Assembly (NCBI GenBank): GCA_035437825.1
Contig: DAOMYX010000001.1
Span: 113,220-177,219 of the forward strand
Length of the DNA: 64,000 nucleotides
Reading direction: 5' to 3'
Origin: Alphaproteobacteria bacterium
GTDB taxonomy: Bacteria; Pseudomonadota; Alphaproteobacteria; Micavibrionales; UBA2020
Shown: one piece after another, positions 46,453-53,927 of the stretch
Numbering within the stretch: position 1 is the stretch's first letter
Layout of the letters: the number at the start of each line of letters is the position of its first letter
Translations under genes and position numbers: made by a program
Notes under the pieces: generated by a model
What the model was told of the DNA's origin: nothing
The model's input: the letters and a program-made list of their open reading frames with translations, nothing else
Database searches by the model: none

Positions 46453-47013
46453 ATGTCTGATATCCGCAAAGTCACTCCGGCAGACGCGGTCAAAGACGGC
46501 GGCTGTCTTATCCTCGATGTTCGCACGGACATCGAACATCGCGCATCCTGCCTGCGCGCGGCGCATGTGCATGTGCCGCTGGATACGCTGGACGCCAAGG
46601 CTTTTATCGCCGAGCACAAGCTGGACGGCGGCAAGCCGTTATACATTCTTTGCCGCGCCGGTGCGCGTGCGGCAAAGGCGGCGGCGGCTTTTCATCAGGC
46701 CGGATTTGACAACGTGCATGTTATCGACGGTGGCATTCTGAACTGTGAAACCTGTGGTGTGCCTGTGAAAAAAGGGGAGGTTATCTCGCTTGAACGTCAG
46801 GTGCGCATCGCTGTCGGGGCACTGGTATTGTTGGGCACGCTGCTGGGCAGTTTTGCCAGCCCGTGGTTTTATATTCTGCCTGCGTTTTGTGGCGCGGGGC
46901 TTTTGTTCGCAGGTGTAACCGAATGGTGCGGCATGGCGATGCTGCTGGCGCGCGCGCCTTGGAACAAAGCGGCGGCAGGTAGGGCTCCGGTCAAGAGCTG
47001 TTGCAATATGTAA
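46453..47013 (+). CDS. ygaP: Rhodanese domain protein with C-terminal membrane (DUF2892-like) domain, YgaP-like
   Basis: Rhodanese active-site loop YILCRAGARA. The C-terminal hydrophobic hairpin RIAVGALVLLGTLLGSFASPWFYILPAFCGAGLLFAGVTEWCGMAMLLA. Confidence 0.8.
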   Translation: MSDIRKVTPADAVKDGGCLILDVRTDIEHRASCLRAAHVHVPLDTLDAKAFIAEHKLDGGKPLYILCRAGARAAKAAAAFHQAGFDNVHVIDGGILNCETCGVPVKKGEVISLERQVRIAVGALVLLGTLLGSFASPWFYILPAFCGAGLLFAGVTEWCGMAMLLARAPWNKAAAGRAPVKSCCNM

Positions 47014-47211
47014 AAATAAGCCCCTCTGGCCTTCGTCCCGGCATTTGGGTAAAATGCCTTATCGCAAGGCATTATAAAAAGAATCCCGAATTGCCGGGCC
47101 CGGACTGTCGGGGCGAGTGCGCATTCCAAAAGAAGCGCAACCAGAGCGAATAGCGTGTGTGTCTAGAACCTGTAAAACCGATTTTGTTTTCAGCACTTGA
47201 AGGACACGCAG

Positions 47212-48015
47212 ATGAGCAACGACAATCTTCCTCCTAATCCCGTGCCCGCAAACGGCACGCCGGATACACCCAAAAAATTCTTTGTGCGTTTTTCAAAAAT
47301 CGAAGACGAGCAGAAGGTTTTTGATTTTTATGACCTGAATACGCACAAAAACGTGCTGCAGCGTGAAAAAGACCTGATGAAAGGTCTGATTGACGACGGC
47401 GCGGTTGTGATTATCGAAGACGAGAAGGGCACGATTGTCGCTGCCAGCATTACCTATCCGCATAAAGAAAAAGACAGCGACGGGGTCGAACATGTGAAGT
47501 GGCAGGAAGTCGGCACAACGCGCATCGCGCTTAACGGCTATCCTGGTTTGTTCGACGCCATGATTACCATGCAGGTACTGCGCGCGTTTCTGGTGGAGCC
47601 GCCGGAGGAGCGTTTCGTTGCGCAAATGTTTACCGACCCCGTGCAGAAAATGGCTGGCAAGCTGGGCTGGCGCCGTTTGGACGAACAATCCGTTTCTCCG
47701 CATCTGGTCGAAAGCAAGGAAAAGATGGTACCGCCCGGAACGTCCGTGGGCACGGTCAACTGGTTCCACATGGGACGCGAGGGGTTGCCCGTCATGGCCG
47801 CATGGATGGTCAAGACGCTGGATAACCCTGTTTTGGAAAACAAGAAAACGGGCGAGAAAATCCAGCTTGATTTCAGCAAGTCCAGCTTCTTTAATATGTT
47901 CCAAGAGGAAATCAAGCATCTGGCCAAACGCGATTTCGGCTCGCCCGATGCGCCCGACATGCAAAAGGGTGTGCAGCAATCCCGCGACAAATGGCTCAAG
48001 AATTTTTTCCGCTAA
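47212..48015 (+). CDS. GNAT-like protein of unknown function, paralogue of 53196..53927
   Basis: KKFFVRFSKIEDEQKVFDFYD...GAVVIIEDEKGTIVAASITYP...EVGTTRIALNGYPGLFDAMI (R-x-x-x-x-G-x-x-G-L-F resembles GNAT motif A). Roughly half the first ~60 aligned residues are identical to the paralogue by eye. Confidence 0.65.
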   Translation: MSNDNLPPNPVPANGTPDTPKKFFVRFSKIEDEQKVFDFYDLNTHKNVLQREKDLMKGLIDDGAVVIIEDEKGTIVAASITYPHKEKDSDGVEHVKWQEVGTTRIALNGYPGLFDAMITMQVLRAFLVEPPEERFVAQMFTDPVQKMAGKLGWRRLDEQSVSPHLVESKEKMVPPGTSVGTVNWFHMGREGLPVMAAWMVKTLDNPVLENKKTGEKIQLDFSKSSFFNMFQEEIKHLAKRDFGSPDAPDMQKGVQQSRDKWLKNFFR

Positions 48016-48045
48016 ACGGACTTTTCACATAGGGGACAACAGGAC

Positions 48046-49224
48046 ATGACCGTACTCGGCAAGCTTAAAGAGCAGAACAAGGAATTCACCACCTGGCGCC
48101 GCCACCTGCACCAGAACCCCGAAACGGCTTTTGAAGAAGTCAAAACGGCAGATTACGTCGCCGGTCTTCTTGAAAGCTGGGGCATCGAAGTGCACCGCGG
48201 CATGGCCAAAACAGGCGTCGTCGGTGTTATCCGCGGCAAAAAGGGAAATTCTAGCCGCGGTATCGGGCTGCGCGCCGATATGGATGCGCTGAATATTTTC
48301 GAAGAAACCAATCTGCCCCACAGTTCCAAAACGCCGGGCAAGATGCACGCCTGCGGCCATGACGGCCATACCAGCATGCTGCTGGCGGCCTGCAAACACC
48401 TTGCCGAAACCCGCGAATTTGACGGCAACGTTTATGCGATTTTCCAGCCGGCAGAAGAAGGCGGCGGCGGCGGCGATGTGATGGTGCAGGAAGGGTTTTT
48501 CAAACAATTCCCCTGTGAATCCGTTTTCGGCATGCACAACTGGCCGTGGCTGCCCGCAGGCACGATGGCGATTTGCGAAGGCGCCGTTTCGGCATCGACC
48601 GACAGCTTCGATGTTAAAATCACGGGCAAGGGCGGCCATGCCGCTTTCCCGCATACCACGATTGACGTGATTGTCTGCGCATCGCAAATCGTGTCTGCTT
48701 TGCAGCACCTTGTCAGCCGTGTCACGGCGCCTGCCGACAGCGTGGTTGTGAGTGTTTGCAAATTCCATGCAGGTACCAGCGCGCATAACGTCCTGCCGGA
48801 AACGGCGGAAATCGGCGGCACCGTGCGTACGCTGAAGCCCGAGCTGCGCCAGCTGATGGAAGAAAAATTTCGCCATGTGGTCAAAACCGTCGCCGATGCT
48901 TATGGCGCACAGGTGGATATCAACTGGCACAAGGGCTACCCGTCCTGCATCAATACGGCGGCCGAAACCGATTTCGCACGCGAAGTCGCCAAGGAAGTCG
49001 TGGGGACGGAAAAAGTATTCCCCTTCACCCCTATGATGGGCGGCGAAGACTTCGCCTATTTCCTCGAAGCGTGCAAGGGTGCCTATATCATCCTCGGCCA
49101 GGGCAAAACCGACAATGACCCCGGCCTGCATAGCCCGCATTACGATTTCAATGACGAGGTTCTGCCGGTTGGTGCGGCCTATTGGGTTCGCCTTGCCGAA
49201 ACATGGCTGGCGCAAAAATCCTGA
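48046..49224 (+). CDS. M20-family amidohydrolase (N-acyl-amino-acid/hippurate hydrolase type)
   Basis: WRRHLHQNPETAFEE..., metal site MHACGHDGHTSML, QPAEEGGGGG. Confidence 0.85.
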   Translation: MTVLGKLKEQNKEFTTWRRHLHQNPETAFEEVKTADYVAGLLESWGIEVHRGMAKTGVVGVIRGKKGNSSRGIGLRADMDALNIFEETNLPHSSKTPGKMHACGHDGHTSMLLAACKHLAETREFDGNVYAIFQPAEEGGGGGDVMVQEGFFKQFPCESVFGMHNWPWLPAGTMAICEGAVSASTDSFDVKITGKGGHAAFPHTTIDVIVCASQIVSALQHLVSRVTAPADSVVVSVCKFHAGTSAHNVLPETAEIGGTVRTLKPELRQLMEEKFRHVVKTVADAYGAQVDINWHKGYPSCINTAAETDFAREVAKEVVGTEKVFPFTPMMGGEDFAYFLEACKGAYIILGQGKTDNDPGLHSPHYDFNDEVLPVGAAYWVRLAETWLAQKS

Positions 49225-49254
49225 TAGCGGCCGGAACATGAAGAGAGTATGAAT

Positions 49255-49287
49255 AAAAAACAGGGGCACAGTGTGCCCCTGTTTTTG
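49255..49287 (+). terminator. Rho-independent terminator after the amidohydrolase gene
   Basis: aaaaaaCAGGGGCACagtGTGCCCCTGtttttg. Confidence 0.65.
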
Positions 49288-49306
49288 CGAAAAGGTGTAA
49301 AAGACG

Positions 49307-50050
49307 ATGCGTAATTTATTTTTTGTTTTCTGTGCGGTTTTGATGTTTTCGGCAGGTGCTGTCTCGCAAGCGCAGGCCGGCAGTTTCTGGGACGGGCTTT
49401 TCAGCAGCGGGCCGAAACAAAGCAAGGCCGTGACGGCGCTCAGCCAGAACGATGTGCAGGAAGCGCTGCGCGAGGCCTTGGTGGTATCAAGCCAGAGCGT
49501 GGTGACAAAGCTTGGCCGCACGGGCGGGTTCAACAGCGACAAAAACATCCGCATCCCGCTGCCCGCCGCATTGCAGCCGGTGGACAAAATTTTGAAATCT
49601 GTGGGCATGGGCGCCCTGACGGCTGATTTGGAGGGGCGTTTGAACAAAGCGGCCGAGCTGGCAACGCCGAAAACGCAGCAAATCCTTTTGGATACGATTT
49701 ATAAAATGACGTTGTCGGACGCCAAGGCGATTTTGACGGGCGGTGATAACGCAGCCACGGCCTATTTGCGCAAGAGCGCGGGCACGCAGCTGAAAGATGC
49801 CATGCGCCCGATAGTGACGGAGGCGCTCGAGGATGCGGGTGCGGTGCAGGCTTATGACCTTGCCATGACCCGTTACCAGACCGCGATGCCGATGCTGCCG
49901 GATGTAAAAGCGAACCTGACCGATTACGCCACCGACAAGGCGCTGGACGGCATTTTCTATTATATGGCGCAGGAAGAGGCCGCGCTGCGCAAAGAGCCCA
50001 TCAAAGCGACCAGCAAGTTGGTAGAAAAGGTTTTTTCGGCGGTGAAATAA
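49307..50050 (+). CDS. DUF4197-like periplasmic protein
   Basis: Signal peptide MRNLFFVFCAVLMFSAGAVSQAQA; LSQNDVQEALREALVVSSQSVVTKLGRTGGFNSDKNIRIPLP...LNKAAELATPKTQQILLDTIYKMTLSDAKAILTGGDNAATAYL. Confidence 0.7.
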   Translation: MRNLFFVFCAVLMFSAGAVSQAQAGSFWDGLFSSGPKQSKAVTALSQNDVQEALREALVVSSQSVVTKLGRTGGFNSDKNIRIPLPAALQPVDKILKSVGMGALTADLEGRLNKAAELATPKTQQILLDTIYKMTLSDAKAILTGGDNAATAYLRKSAGTQLKDAMRPIVTEALEDAGAVQAYDLAMTRYQTAMPMLPDVKANLTDYATDKALDGIFYYMAQEEAALRKEPIKATSKLVEKVFSAVK

Positions 50051-50147
50051 CCGGCATGTCGGGAGGGGATTAGGGACTTGCCCGCGTTATGTAATTTTGA
50101 TATAACGCGGCAATCCCAAAAAACAAACCTAGCCGGACACGCAAACA

Positions 50148-50729
50148 ATGGCCGACAACAAGAATACTGACGATAAAAACACGGAAAAGAACGGCAAGCC
50201 GAAAAAGGACGCCGACCCCTTGGTTATGCTTGAAAAAGAGCGCAACCGCCTGCAGGAGCGCTACGACACCCTGACCGGCAAAGCGCGGGGTGAAGTGGGC
50301 GATGTCGGTTTCTGGGGTGCGGTCGGTGCGCTGGCGCTGATGGCGGACTGGACGTTTACGGGCGGACTTGGCACGGCTTTCGCGGCCTGGAGCGCGGGCG
50401 AATACGTCATGTACGCGCGCCGTGCGCGTGAAGTGGGTAAAGAGCTGAAGGTCGTCAAATCGCGCATTCAGGACATGCAGCAGGCGCGGTTCGAAGCGCA
50501 AATCCAGCAAATGAAACAAGCCCCGCAAAAAACGCAGGGCGCTGTACCCGATACAAGCTTGAAAGATGAATTCTCCCCTGCGGCGCAGGCAGAAATTGAA
50601 GCCCTGCGCAGCAAACTCGCGACGCTGGAAAAGCAGGTCGGGCAAATGCAGGAAGACAAAGCGGGCGGGCTTGATAAACCGAAATTCAAAAAGCCCTTCG
50701 GCAAAAAACCGGACGAGCCGAAATCCTGA
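50148..50729 (+). CDS. Hypothetical membrane/coiled-coil protein with Lys/Pro-rich termini
   Basis: 193 aa. Central hydrophobic hairpin (VGFWGAVGALALMADWTFTGGLGTAFAAW), a C-terminal coiled coil, and tail GGLDKPKFKKPFGKKPDEPKS. Confidence 0.55.
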   Translation: MADNKNTDDKNTEKNGKPKKDADPLVMLEKERNRLQERYDTLTGKARGEVGDVGFWGAVGALALMADWTFTGGLGTAFAAWSAGEYVMYARRAREVGKELKVVKSRIQDMQQARFEAQIQQMKQAPQKTQGAVPDTSLKDEFSPAAQAEIEALRSKLATLEKQVGQMQEDKAGGLDKPKFKKPFGKKPDEPKS

Positions 50730-50732
50730 TTA

Positions 50733-51413
50733 TCAGGCTTTACCCAGCAAATCCTTGTAAGAGGCCGCGCGCGGCGGTGTGACGGGGCGGGCATTTGCCG
50801 CGTCTTTTTGCTGCTGCACGCCTGCCTTCAAAATCTCGGCAAGGCTGAAATTCTCATGCATGCGTGCAATGTCGTAGGCCGTCTGACCTGCGTGGTTGTG
50901 CTGTTCCAAATCCGCGCCGCGGCGGATAAGAATTTGCGCGATTTCGCGCCGTCCCAACGCCGCCGCCCACATCAGCGCGGAGCGGTCGAGCATATTCAGC
51001 TGGTCCATCGCCGCGTTTTTATCGGTAAGGTTACGCACCGTTTTCACGCTGCCTGAAATGGTGGCGAGGATAAGGGGCGTGTTGCCTTCGGAATCTTTGG
51101 CGTTTACATCGGCGCCTGCCTGTATCAACAGGTCGGCGATATATTCCTGCCCTTTGCGGGCGGCAATCAACAGGGGCGTGCTGTCATGGGCGTTGCGTAT
51201 TTCAAGCGCCGCACCGCGCGCGATAAGGTCGGTAATTTTTTGGCTATTGGGCGTGTTTTGGGCTACTTCCAGAAGCAGCGACATGCCGAGCGCTTGCTGC
51301 TCCGGCGTATAACTGCGCTGCGGCGCGGTTTGTTGCTGCGCTGCGGGGGCGGCGGCAGTTTCACCGCGCTGGCCGCTGACGGCCTGATTGAAACGTGACC
51401 CTTGTTGGCTCAT
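50733..51413 (-). CDS. Ankyrin-repeat protein
   Basis: ATG at 51413 (MSQQGSRFNQ) is preceded by GAGGA; the ORF track starts 2 codons earlier at TTG. ANK repeats: DSTPLLIAARKGQEYIADLLIQAGADVNAKDSEGNTPLILATISG. Confidence 0.8.
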   Translation of the reverse strand: MSQQGSRFNQAVSGQRGETAAAPAAQQQTAPQRSYTPEQQALGMSLLLEVAQNTPNSQKITDLIARGAALEIRNAHDSTPLLIAARKGQEYIADLLIQAGADVNAKDSEGNTPLILATISGSVKTVRNLTDKNAAMDQLNMLDRSALMWAAALGRREIAQILIRRGADLEQHNHAGQTAYDIARMHENFSLAEILKAGVQQQKDAANARPVTPPRAASYKDLLGKA

Positions 51414-51472
51414 AGTCAAAATCCTCTGAAATCAGATACTAAGGAACCGGAACGGTATTTAAATTATCCAAA

Positions 51473-51501
51473 ACACTATCAAATCTCTAATATAATGTCA
51501 A
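51473..51501 (-). promoter_or_regulatory. Predicted promoter of ankyrin gene 50733..51413
   Basis: Minus strand reads TTGACA - 17 nt - TAGTGT inside an AT-rich intergenic region. Confidence 0.35.
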
Positions 51502-51620
51502 GTTTTAGTATAATAGGGTAATTTTATAATAAATTTTTTGACTTTATTTCAAAGGGTTATGGCGGCTTTGCCGCCGCGCTAAATGAAAATGATTATCAAC
51601 TGATTGGCGAGGCATCATGC

Positions 51621-52262
51621 CTAACGATTCAGGCCCGCATTTTTGGCGCGGCGTTTCAGCGCCGGCATGTGCAGCGGCGCAACGTCTTTTTCCAGCGGGA
51701 CGCCAGCGGCCAGTGCGGCATCAAACGCCGCCTTCGCCGCGCGGCGCTGTGTGCCGAGCGATTGGATATCATTTGCGATATGCGGCTTGCCGTTATCTAT
51801 GGCGAAATCCGCGGCGGTTTTTCCGTTCGGGCTTTTGATGTCGGTGCGCGCCCCCGCATTGACCAGCAGCGCCACAACGTCGCGCGCCCCCAGATTGGCC
51901 GCCCACATCAGGGGCGTCATGCCCTTGAAGCCCGTGTCGTCAAGGCGTGCTTTGTGTTTTATCAGCAGCGCGGCGGCGTCCGCGTCTTTGAGCAGTACCG
52001 ACATCATCAAGGCTGTCGCGCCGTTCTGGTTGCGTGCTTCGGTATTGGCGCCGGCCTCCAGCAGCGGGCGGATGGCGTCGCCGCAGTGGCTGGACGAACA
52101 GGCCACAAGCAGCGGCGTGCGTTTTTGAATGTCATCGCCTGTTTGCTCAAGGTCCGCACCTGCGTCAATCAGGCGTTTGATTTCGGCCATATCTGGCGCA
52201 GCGCCGCTTATTTCCTTCAGCAGCGCAAGTCCGTCGCGGATATGTGCTGCAAGGGTTCCCAT
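51621..52262 (-). CDS. Ankyrin-repeat protein with basic C-terminal tail
   Basis: Start taken at MGTLAAHIRDGL, whose ATG overlaps the stop of the upstream 66-aa ORF (TGATG). ANK repeats: RTPLLVACSSSHCGDAIRPLLEAGANTEARNQNGATALMMSV. C-terminus is ...APLHMPALKRRAKNAGLNR. Confidence 0.75.
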   Translation of the reverse strand: MGTLAAHIRDGLALLKEISGAAPDMAEIKRLIDAGADLEQTGDDIQKRTPLLVACSSSHCGDAIRPLLEAGANTEARNQNGATALMMSVLLKDADAAALLIKHKARLDDTGFKGMTPLMWAANLGARDVVALLVNAGARTDIKSPNGKTAADFAIDNGKPHIANDIQSLGTQRRAAKAAFDAALAAGVPLEKDVAPLHMPALKRRAKNAGLNR

Positions 52263-52462
52263 CAGCGCGCGGGACTTTCGCCGCCGCGGACGCGCTTTTT
52301 GATGGCGGGCGGCTGAAGTACGGCGATGCTGTGCTCTTCGCCATCGTTGTTTTTTGCAGGTGTTACCGCAACCGCTGCAGCTGGCGCGGATGGCGACGTT
52401 TTCTTGGGCGCAGGTGGAATGTAACCATCCCACATTTCTTTCAACTTGTATTTGCCCAGCAT
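52262..52462 (-). CDS. Small (66 aa) Pro/Ala-rich protein with basic C-terminal tail
   Basis: MLGKYKLKEMWDGYIPPAPKK...IAVLQPPAIKKRVRGGESPAR. AAGGA lies upstream of its ATG. It is coupled to the ankyrin gene downstream and sits 21 nt after the 87-aa ORF. Confidence 0.5.
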   Translation of the reverse strand: MLGKYKLKEMWDGYIPPAPKKTSPSAPAAAVAVTPAKNNDGEEHSIAVLQPPAIKKRVRGGESPAR

Positions 52463-52483
52463 GGCGTGTTCCTTTTATGCGGA

Positions 52484-52747
52484 TTATTTGGGGCCTTGCG
52501 GGCCGCGTTTTTTGACGTTGATGGGGGGCAGCAGGTTGATGTTTGCGGGTTCCTGCTGCTTCATTTTAAAATCGGCGGGCGCATGTTCGTTCCAGATTTC
52601 GCCTGTGGGGTCGATGCTTTTTTGCAGGCCGCGCAAACGGCTATGCGCTTCGGAACCGCGGCGCCAGACACTGTGGTCGTCGCTGTAGTCGTAGTACCAG
52701 TCATGCGATTTAAGCAGCTTGATATAATTTTCCTGTTCAGGCGTCAT
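52484..52747 (-). CDS. Small (87 aa) protein with basic C-terminal tail
   Basis: MTPEQENYIKLLKSHDWYYDYSDDHSVWRRGSEAHSRLRGLQKSIDPTGEIWNEH...NINLLPPINVKKRGPQGPK. GAAAGG lies upstream of its ATG, and codon usage is host-like. Confidence 0.55.
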   Translation of the reverse strand: MTPEQENYIKLLKSHDWYYDYSDDHSVWRRGSEAHSRLRGLQKSIDPTGEIWNEHAPADFKMKQQEPANINLLPPINVKKRGPQGPK

Positions 52748-52805
52748 CGCGGCGGCCTTTCAATACACTTTTTCTTCAAATGATATGGAGAGGGCAGGAT
52801 AGTCA

Positions 52806-52828
52806 ATCTTGACATAATATGTCAAGAT
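52806..52828. promoter_or_regulatory. Perfect 10-bp inverted repeat (3-nt spacer) carrying TTGACA on both arms
   Basis: ATCTTGACATaatATGTCAAGAT, located between the stop of the HTH gene (52830) and the 87-aa gene start (52747). Confidence 0.4.
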
Positions 52829-52829
52829 G

Positions 52830-53108
52830 CTATTCGGCTTTATCCGATAATTGCGCGGCTATCCAGGTCAAGACATGCGGCCGGACAGTCGGCTGGGGCA
52901 GGTTTTTAAGGGTCGTCCAGCGGTCAACCGCGCCCTTGGACAGGCCGAAGCCCGCGCGAAAGGCCGTTTCATCAAGCCCAAAGCGGGTCAGGGCGGTATA
53001 GACAGAATCTGCAAAATCGCTGTCGCTGATGTTTTGCGCAGCGGCAAGGGTGGCCAGCCTTCTTAAAAAAGCTTCCTTTTCCAGCGATTTAACATTTGAT
53101 GGCGACAT
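52830..53108 (-). CDS. Small putative helix-turn-helix DNA-binding protein
   Basis: 92 aa from the ATG at 53108, which is the C-terminal part of the 353-aa track ORF (the rest is antisense shadow of the GNAT-like gene). FGLSKGAVDRWTTLKNLPQP resembles an XRE/Cro-type HTH. Confidence 0.5.
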   Translation of the reverse strand: MSPSNVKSLEKEAFLRRLATLAAAQNISDSDFADSVYTALTRFGLDETAFRAGFGLSKGAVDRWTTLKNLPQPTVRPHVLTWIAAQLSDKAE

Positions 53109-53195
53109 TTTTATGTCCTTTTTGAGTATTACTGGTATCATATTCGACAACGGCACTAAAGGGTGGTTCATTTTTTTTAAAGCAAGGGTCTGCCC

Positions 53196-53927
53196 ATGGC
53201 CAAGAAGCTCTTTGTCCGCTATGCCGAACCAGCCGATGAAAAGGCGGTTTTTGATTTTTATTCCAACAATGAACACGAATTCGTCGCCAAGCGCGAACCG
53301 GATGTCTGGCGCGAGCGTATCGCCTCCGGCGCTGTCACGCTGATTGAGGATGAAGACGGTAAAATCGTCGCCTCCGCCATTTCCTATCCCGTGCTGGTGA
53401 AGAACGAGCAGGGCGAGGAAGTGCACAAGTGGACGGAGCTTGGCTCGGTGCGCATCACGCAGGAAGGGCTCGGCCTTTTCAAAACGCTGCTGAGCGCGCA
53501 GGTTATGCAGGCTTATATGATGGAGCCGCCGGAAGACCGCTTTGCGATTGAAATTGTGATTGGCAATCAACGCTCCAAAAACGCATTCCTGAAACATGGT
53601 GCGGTGCCGTTTGATATTCCGAAGGATTTGCAGGATGCCGTCGGCTATTCCATTTCGCCCGACGATGCGGGCTTGCCGGTGGAATGGTTCCAGCTTTCGG
53701 TCGAGCACATGCCGGGTATTGCAAAAACGCTGCTGGATGCCGAAAAAAATCCGAAAATAAAAGACCGCACGACGGGCGAAGAATACGAACTGGATTTCAC
53801 CCGCTGCGCAGTCATGAAAAACCTGCGTCCCGCTCTTGAAAATCTGGCTGGCAGCGATTACGGTGATGCCAAAGTGCCTAATGAAAAGCACGGCATCAAA
53901 TCTTTCCGGGATAAATTCGCACCGTAA
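53196..53927 (+). CDS. GNAT-like protein of unknown function, paralogue of 47212..48015
   Basis: KKLFVRYAEPADEKAVFDFYS...GAVTLIEDEDGKIVASAISYP...ELGSVRITQEGLGLFKTLL. It shares the 16-nt string ggtttttgatttttat with the paralogue. Confidence 0.7.
   Translation: MAKKLFVRYAEPADEKAVFDFYSNNEHEFVAKREPDVWRERIASGAVTLIEDEDGKIVASAISYPVLVKNEQGEEVHKWTELGSVRITQEGLGLFKTLLSAQVMQAYMMEPPEDRFAIEIVIGNQRSKNAFLKHGAVPFDIPKDLQDAVGYSISPDDAGLPVEWFQLSVEHMPGIAKTLLDAEKNPKIKDRTTGEEYELDFTRCAVMKNLRPALENLAGSDYGDAKVPNEKHGIKSFRDKFAP

Noticed and set aside
47014-47211. 198-nt intergenic region with hairpin AATGCCTTatcgcAAGGCATT as a possible sRNA
   Set aside because: There is no promoter/terminator pair or recognisable RNA family. 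It may simply be the ygaP-operon 3' stem plus the 5' UTR of the GNAT-like gene.
52830-53927. HTH + GNAT pair as a GNAT-type toxin-antitoxin system (TacAT/AtaRT-like)
   Set aside because: The genes are divergent rather than co-transcribed with the antitoxin first. The GNAT-like protein is ~70-100 aa longer than those toxins and has a second copy without an HTH partner. The small protein looks XRE-like, not RHH.
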